NCBI GenBank assembly: GCA_964016885.1
Contig: OZ024740.1
Coordinates: 146,320,001 to 146,384,000 of the forward strand
From: Eledone cirrhosa
Lineage: Eukaryota
DNA length: 64,000 nucleotides
Direction of reading: 5' to 3'
The notes below the pieces were generated by a model, which saw only the letters and a list, made by a program, of their open reading frames with translations, did not search any database and was not told where the DNA came from. Positions 58,723 through 64,000 of the stretch are shown here, one piece after another. The first letter of the stretch is position 1. Each line of letters begins with the position of its first letter. Made by a program: the position numbers and the translations under genes.

Positions 58723-58930
58723 TATTTTATAGAAGGAGCTTCTACAGGACTAGTACTGTTTCATTCAGATGAAATCTTCAGGAAGCCGAAGATGAGCTTC
58801 CTGAAGATTTCATCTGAATGAAACAGTACTAGTCCTGTAGAAGCTCCTTCTATGAAATAAAAAAATTTTACTCTGCCATGTATTGAGTACCTTACTTACT
58901 GTGGTTATCCCCGACTCAACCCGGGACCTA
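58723..58930 (+). mobile_element. Fold-back PLE-terminus-like cassette (64-bp arms, 9-bp spacer, ~70-bp tail)
   Basis: 58723-58786 is inverted against 58796-58859; tail shared with the copies at 6610 and 41877. Confidence 0.88.
58788..58850 (+). ncRNA. Type-I hammerhead ribozyme
   Basis: gaag at gagcttc CTGAAGA t ttc atct gaa t GAA ACAG tactagtc CTGT A gaagctc cttc: stem I 7+4 bp, stem III 4 bp, GUA site at 58839. Confidence 0.78.
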
Positions 58931-58932
58931 CG

Positions 58933-59084
<152 letters not shown>

Positions 59085-59167
59085 TGTATATAAATATATG
59101 TATATATATATATGTATATATATATATGATATTAAATAAATGGAAACTATATTTATAAAACCATATT

Positions 59168-59233
59168 TATTTCGTTATATATATTTCAGGGATATCATAT
59201 TAACAATATGTTATGCCATCTTCAGACAAAATA
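59168..59233 (-). ncRNA. Putative type-I hammerhead ribozyme in a separate ~180-bp insert
   Basis: Minus strand tattttgt CTGAAGA t gg..catatt gtt aatatg..cc t GAAA TATATA TA acgaaata, then AATAAA. Confidence 0.65.
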
Positions 59234-59306
59234 CAATATAAACAGTCTTATAAATAAATAGATACAACATACCTTTCAATCACCTTGCATTTGTGAGGTT
59301 GATTTG

Positions 59307-59337
<31 letters not shown>

Positions 59338-59682
59338 GTATATGTATATATATATATGTATATATGTATATGTATATATATATGTATATATTTATATGTA
59401 TATATATATATGTATATATTTATATGTATATATATATATGTATATATATATGTATATGTATATATATATGTATATATATATATATGTATATGTATATATA
59501 TATGTGTATATATATATGTATATATATATATATGTATATATATATATGTATATATATATATATGTATATATATATACTTGTATGTATGTGTATATATATA
59601 TATATATATACTTGTATGTATGTGTATATATATATATATATACTTGTATATATGTGTATATATATATATATATATACTTGTA

Positions 59683-59714
<32 letters not shown>

Positions 59715-59720
59715 CTTGTA

Positions 59721-59764
<44 letters not shown>

Positions 59765-59768
59765 TATG

Positions 59769-59810
<42 letters not shown>

Positions 59811-59822
59811 TACATATATATG

Positions 59823-59893
<71 letters not shown>

Positions 59894-59894
<1 letters not shown>

Positions 59895-60232
59895 TCATCA
59901 TCATCATCATCATCAGGTTTAGCGTCCGTGTTCCACGCTTGCATGGGTTTGGACGGGGGTTTTCCCACTTGAGGCAAGAGTAGTTGTCTTGCTTGCATAG
60001 GACTGTCTGGCGGGTTTTTACCGTGTTGCCTACACGGCCACATTACAGCGTGGACTGTCTGGCGGGTTTTCTACAGCTGGATGCCCTTCCTAACACGAAC
60101 CACATTTACAGTGTGGGGCTGGGAGGTTTTTACCGTGTTGCCTACACGGCCACATTTACAGCGTGGACTGTGTTTTTTTTGTCGTGACACCTACACGATC
60201 TCATTTGTTTCAGCCTGGATGTTGTGGGACCA
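59894..60232 (-). mobile_element. Young RTE 3' UTR copy with an internal rearrangement
   Basis: Same family; the block GGTTTTTACCGTGTTGCCTACACGGCCACATT occurs twice. Confidence 0.88.
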
Positions 60233-60634
60233 ATATATATATACATATATATATATATACATATATATATATACATATATATGTATATATATATATACAT
60301 ATATATATATACATACATATGTATATATATATATACATATATATATACATATATATGTATATATATATACATATATATATATACACATATACATATATAC
60401 ATATACATATATACATATAAATAATCGAGAATCGGAATCTCAGCTCACAAAATCACGAAACACAATCTTAGAAATGTGTGGCAAAGGGCTCAATAGTTTG
60501 GATAAACCAGAGCTATAGCTATCGTTTAAATACCAACACATACAGACAATGCTTAAAATCATTCGCACAGCCGAAAAAACGACCAGGAAAATTCGGGTCA
60601 CACAAATAATAAATTAATAAACTAAATGAATGTA

Positions 60635-60675
<41 letters not shown>

Positions 60676-60677
60676 CG

Positions 60678-60736
<59 letters not shown>

Positions 60737-60960
60737 GTATATGTATGTATATATATATGTATATATATATGTATATGTATGTATATATATATGTATGTAT
60801 ATATATATATGTATATATGTATATGTATGTATATATATATGTATATATATATATATGTATGTATATATATATGTATGTATATATATATGTATGTATATAT
60901 ATATGTATATATATGTATATATATATGTATATATATGTATATATATGTATATGTATATGT

Positions 60961-61006
<46 letters not shown>

Positions 61007-61069
61007 ATATATATACATCTATATATATATATGTATGTATATATGTATATATATATGTATGTATATATG

Positions 61070-61106
<37 letters not shown>

Positions 61107-61321
61107 GTATATATATATGTATATATATATATATATGTATATATATATGTATATATATATGTATATATATATATATATGTATATATATATGTGTATATAT
61201 ATATATATGTGTATATATATATATGTGTATATATATATATATGTATATATATATGTGTATATATATATATATATATGTGTATATATATATATATATGTGT
61301 ATATATATATATATATATGTG

Positions 61322-61354
<33 letters not shown>

Positions 61355-61401
61355 CTATATATGTGTATATATATGTATATATATATATATCTATATATGT
61401 G

Positions 61402-61476
<75 letters not shown>

Positions 61477-61481
61477 ATATA

Positions 61482-61693
61482 CTCTAACAAAATACACACC
61501 CGTGTAGGCAACACAGTAAAAACCTCCCAGCCCCACACTGTAAATGTGGTTGGTGTTAGGAAGGGCATCCAACTGTAGAAAACCCGCCAGACAGTCCTAT
61601 GCGAGCAAGGCAATCACTCTTGCCTCAAGTGGGAAAACCCCCGTCCAAACCCCTGCAAGCGTGGAACACGGACGTTAAACGATGATGATGATA
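61482..61693 (+). mobile_element. Internally deleted young RTE 3' UTR copy
   Basis: CTCTAACAAAATACAC joined to CCGTGTAGGCAACAC...GGACGTTAAAC(GAT)n. Confidence 0.88.
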
Positions 61694-62261
61694 TATATAT
61701 GTATATAAATTAATACAATAACAGATATAGTTTAATGCTAATCTCTGACTAGTAACCATCTCACTCAATAAACATTAGGTTATATTTTAATATAAACCCA
61801 ATTTAAGTGTTTGTGGTGCTAACAATATGTATTATGTGGAAAAGCCAGTTGTATTATTTTATGAGATATAATTAAAGTTAAAATGTATCTCTCTTTCCAA
61901 ACAATTGTTTCATTATAAGTTTTCTACAAATTCGGAGAATATTTCCAGTTTATGTAGAAGCCTAATATACATTCATGTAAGAATATATTTAGGTGGGTGC
62001 TTATAAATCATCAGTGAAGCCCATTAAACTTTGATATAAGAAAAAAATTCTTACTGCAGTTAAAAATCGTGTCTGTTAAGTTGCTCCTTCCCGCATCGAA
62101 TGACCGGCAAATTTGAAATTCCAGCAGTTTTTGACTGAGGAAGTATTATAGCGTCACTAAGCGGGAAGGGGAGACAACTACGATCCACGAAATGTATATA
62201 TATCTGTATATATATATATATATGTATATATATATGTATATGTATATATCTATATGTATGT

Positions 62262-62720
62262 ATATTTATTAAAATAACAGATTAAAGTTTAAGCAAAGAA
62301 TCGCTGCTTTCACCCTTAACGGGATCTTCTGAAACTAACAACGTCAATCTGTAAACGCAGAACTGGATATTTCAAAAAACGTTGCAACCGGAGGAAGACA
62401 GGAAGACGAAACTTTGGTTCGTGGAAACGTTCGCTGGCAAAGAACAGGAAAAAACGAATAATACGTCATTAATAGGAGCGGTGAAAAATAATTACGCGCA
62501 AAGACAGAACCACGTTTATGGTATAAAAGAGGTCTCTGCGTTTACAGATTGACTTTGTTAGTTTCAGAAGATCCGTTAAGGGTGAAAGCAGCGATTCTTT
62601 GCTTAAACTTTAATCTGTTATTTTAATAAATATTTGCTCTACGGTTCTTATATATTTGATATATATTTATCCTTATCGAGCACTCTTTGGATTTTAGTCT
62701 TCAATTTTATTATTATTACT
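62262..62720 (+). mobile_element. Fold-back cassette (~100-bp arms, ~173-bp spacer, tail) with a variant hammerhead
   Basis: 62262-62361 is inverted against 62535-62633; TATAAAAG at 62522; core CAGAAGA...GAAA at 62565-62587. Confidence 0.85.
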
Positions 62721-62738
62721 ATATGTATGTATATATTC

Positions 62739-62770
<32 letters not shown>

Positions 62771-63551
62771 ATCATCATCATCATCATCATCATCAACGTT
62801 TAACGTCCGTGTTCCACGCTTGCATGGGTTTGGACGGGGGTAGTCCCACTTGAGGCAAGAGTGATTGTCTTGCTCGCATAGGACTGTCTGGCAGGTTTTC
62901 TACAGTTGGATGCCCTTCCTAACACCAACCACATTTACAGTGTGGGTCTGGGAGGTTTTTACCGTGTTGCCTACACGGCCACATTACAGCGTGGACTGTG
63001 TGTTTTTTTGTCGTGACACCTACACGATCTCATTTGTTTCGGCCTGGATGGCGCGGCACCAACATAACTTTACATAGAACGGGGTGGTGTGGATGGGGTG
63101 GGGGTGGTGGCGGGACGGGGTGTATTTTGTTAGAGATGCCTACTGGCAAGGCGGGTCTTCTCTGTTACTGAGTACCGCCAAAGGTCTCGGTCCAGTGACA
63201 TTGTCTTGGAGAGGTGTAAGTGTGTGATGTCGGAGTTTATCAGCTCGTCCCAGGTTTTTCTAGGTCTGCCTATTCCGTGACTACCGTCTATCTTTATTGC
63301 CCTGCACTTTGTGATACAGCTATCGACTTTCATGCGCATCACGTGTCCATACCAACGCAGCCTTCTCTCGAGTAAACAACATCTGATCCCTCTTATCTCT
63401 AATTTTTTCCTTAGTTCGTTTATGCTTTGCCGTTCACGTATATTACTGTTACACATCCAGCGGAGCATGCAAGCTTCGTTCCTCTCTAGTCTGCGTATAT
63501 CCTCTGCACACAATGCCCAGGTCTCACTACCATGCAACATTGCTGTTCGTA
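62771..63551 (-). mobile_element. Young RTE 3' end, ~780 bp
   Basis: [12 protein letters not shown]...EKTRL nearly identical to 56540-56945; small deletion removes the stop codon. Confidence 0.94.
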
Positions 63552-63571
63552 TATATATATATATATGTATG

Positions 63572-63646
<75 letters not shown>

Positions 63647-63685
63647 GTATATATATGTATATATATATATATATGTATATATATG

Positions 63686-63720
<35 letters not shown>

Positions 63721-63812
63721 GTATATATATGTATATATATATGTATATATATGTATATATATATATATATGTATATACATATATACATATATACATATAT
63801 ACATATATATAT

Positions 63813-64000
63813 ATCATCATCATCATCATCATCATCAACGTTTAACGTCCGTGTTCCACGCTTGCATGGGTTTGGACGGGGGTAGTCCCACTTGAGGCAA
63901 GAGTGATTGTCTTGCTCGCATAGGACTGTCTGGCAGGTTTTCTACAGTTGGATGCCCTTCCTAACACCAACCACATTTACAGTGTGGGTCTGGGAGGTTT
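63813..64000 (-). mobile_element. Young RTE 3' UTR copy running off the window
   Basis: Matches the start of the 62771 copy. Confidence 0.92.

Noticed and set aside
60420-60635. Unique ~210-bp insert in (TA)n
   Set aside because: No recognisable motif; possibly a LINE 3' scrap but unsupported
62066-62192. Short imperfect inverted repeat (AGTTGCTCCTTCCCGC / GCGGGAAGGGGAGACAACT)
   Set aside because: Too short and imperfect to assign; probably a small DNA-element remnant

Overview
Eukaryotic, very AT-rich, repeat-dense DNA. The repeat families suggest an octopod cephalopod, which is an inference. Only two host-gene exons are visible and they point away from each other: the first coding exon of ACTL6/BAF53 (MSGGVYGG, minus strand, 3824-3848) and an unidentified RGG-rich first exon (plus strand, 32780-32944) whose intron seems to fill the rest of the window. 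The remainder is transposon debris: RTE LINEs (one nearly intact 2.8-kb copy), RLE-type LINEs (HERO-, CRE- and R4-like), Penelope-like elements (PLEs), tRNA-derived SINEs, a DD37D/maT transposon and hAT MITEs. From about 43.7 kb to the end lies a ~20-kb (TA)n-derived array holding many young RTE 3' ends. The most notable signal is a set of small non-coding cassettes inside (TA)n tracts. They come from at least five unrelated sequence families, and each folds by eye into a type-I hammerhead ribozyme. Several are long fold-back palindromes with a one-sided tail. Four families put U-U at the base of stem II, and one has a CAGAAGA core at two separate loci. All structures were paired by hand, not computed. 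The long Ile/Tyr ORFs in the track are microsatellite artefacts.
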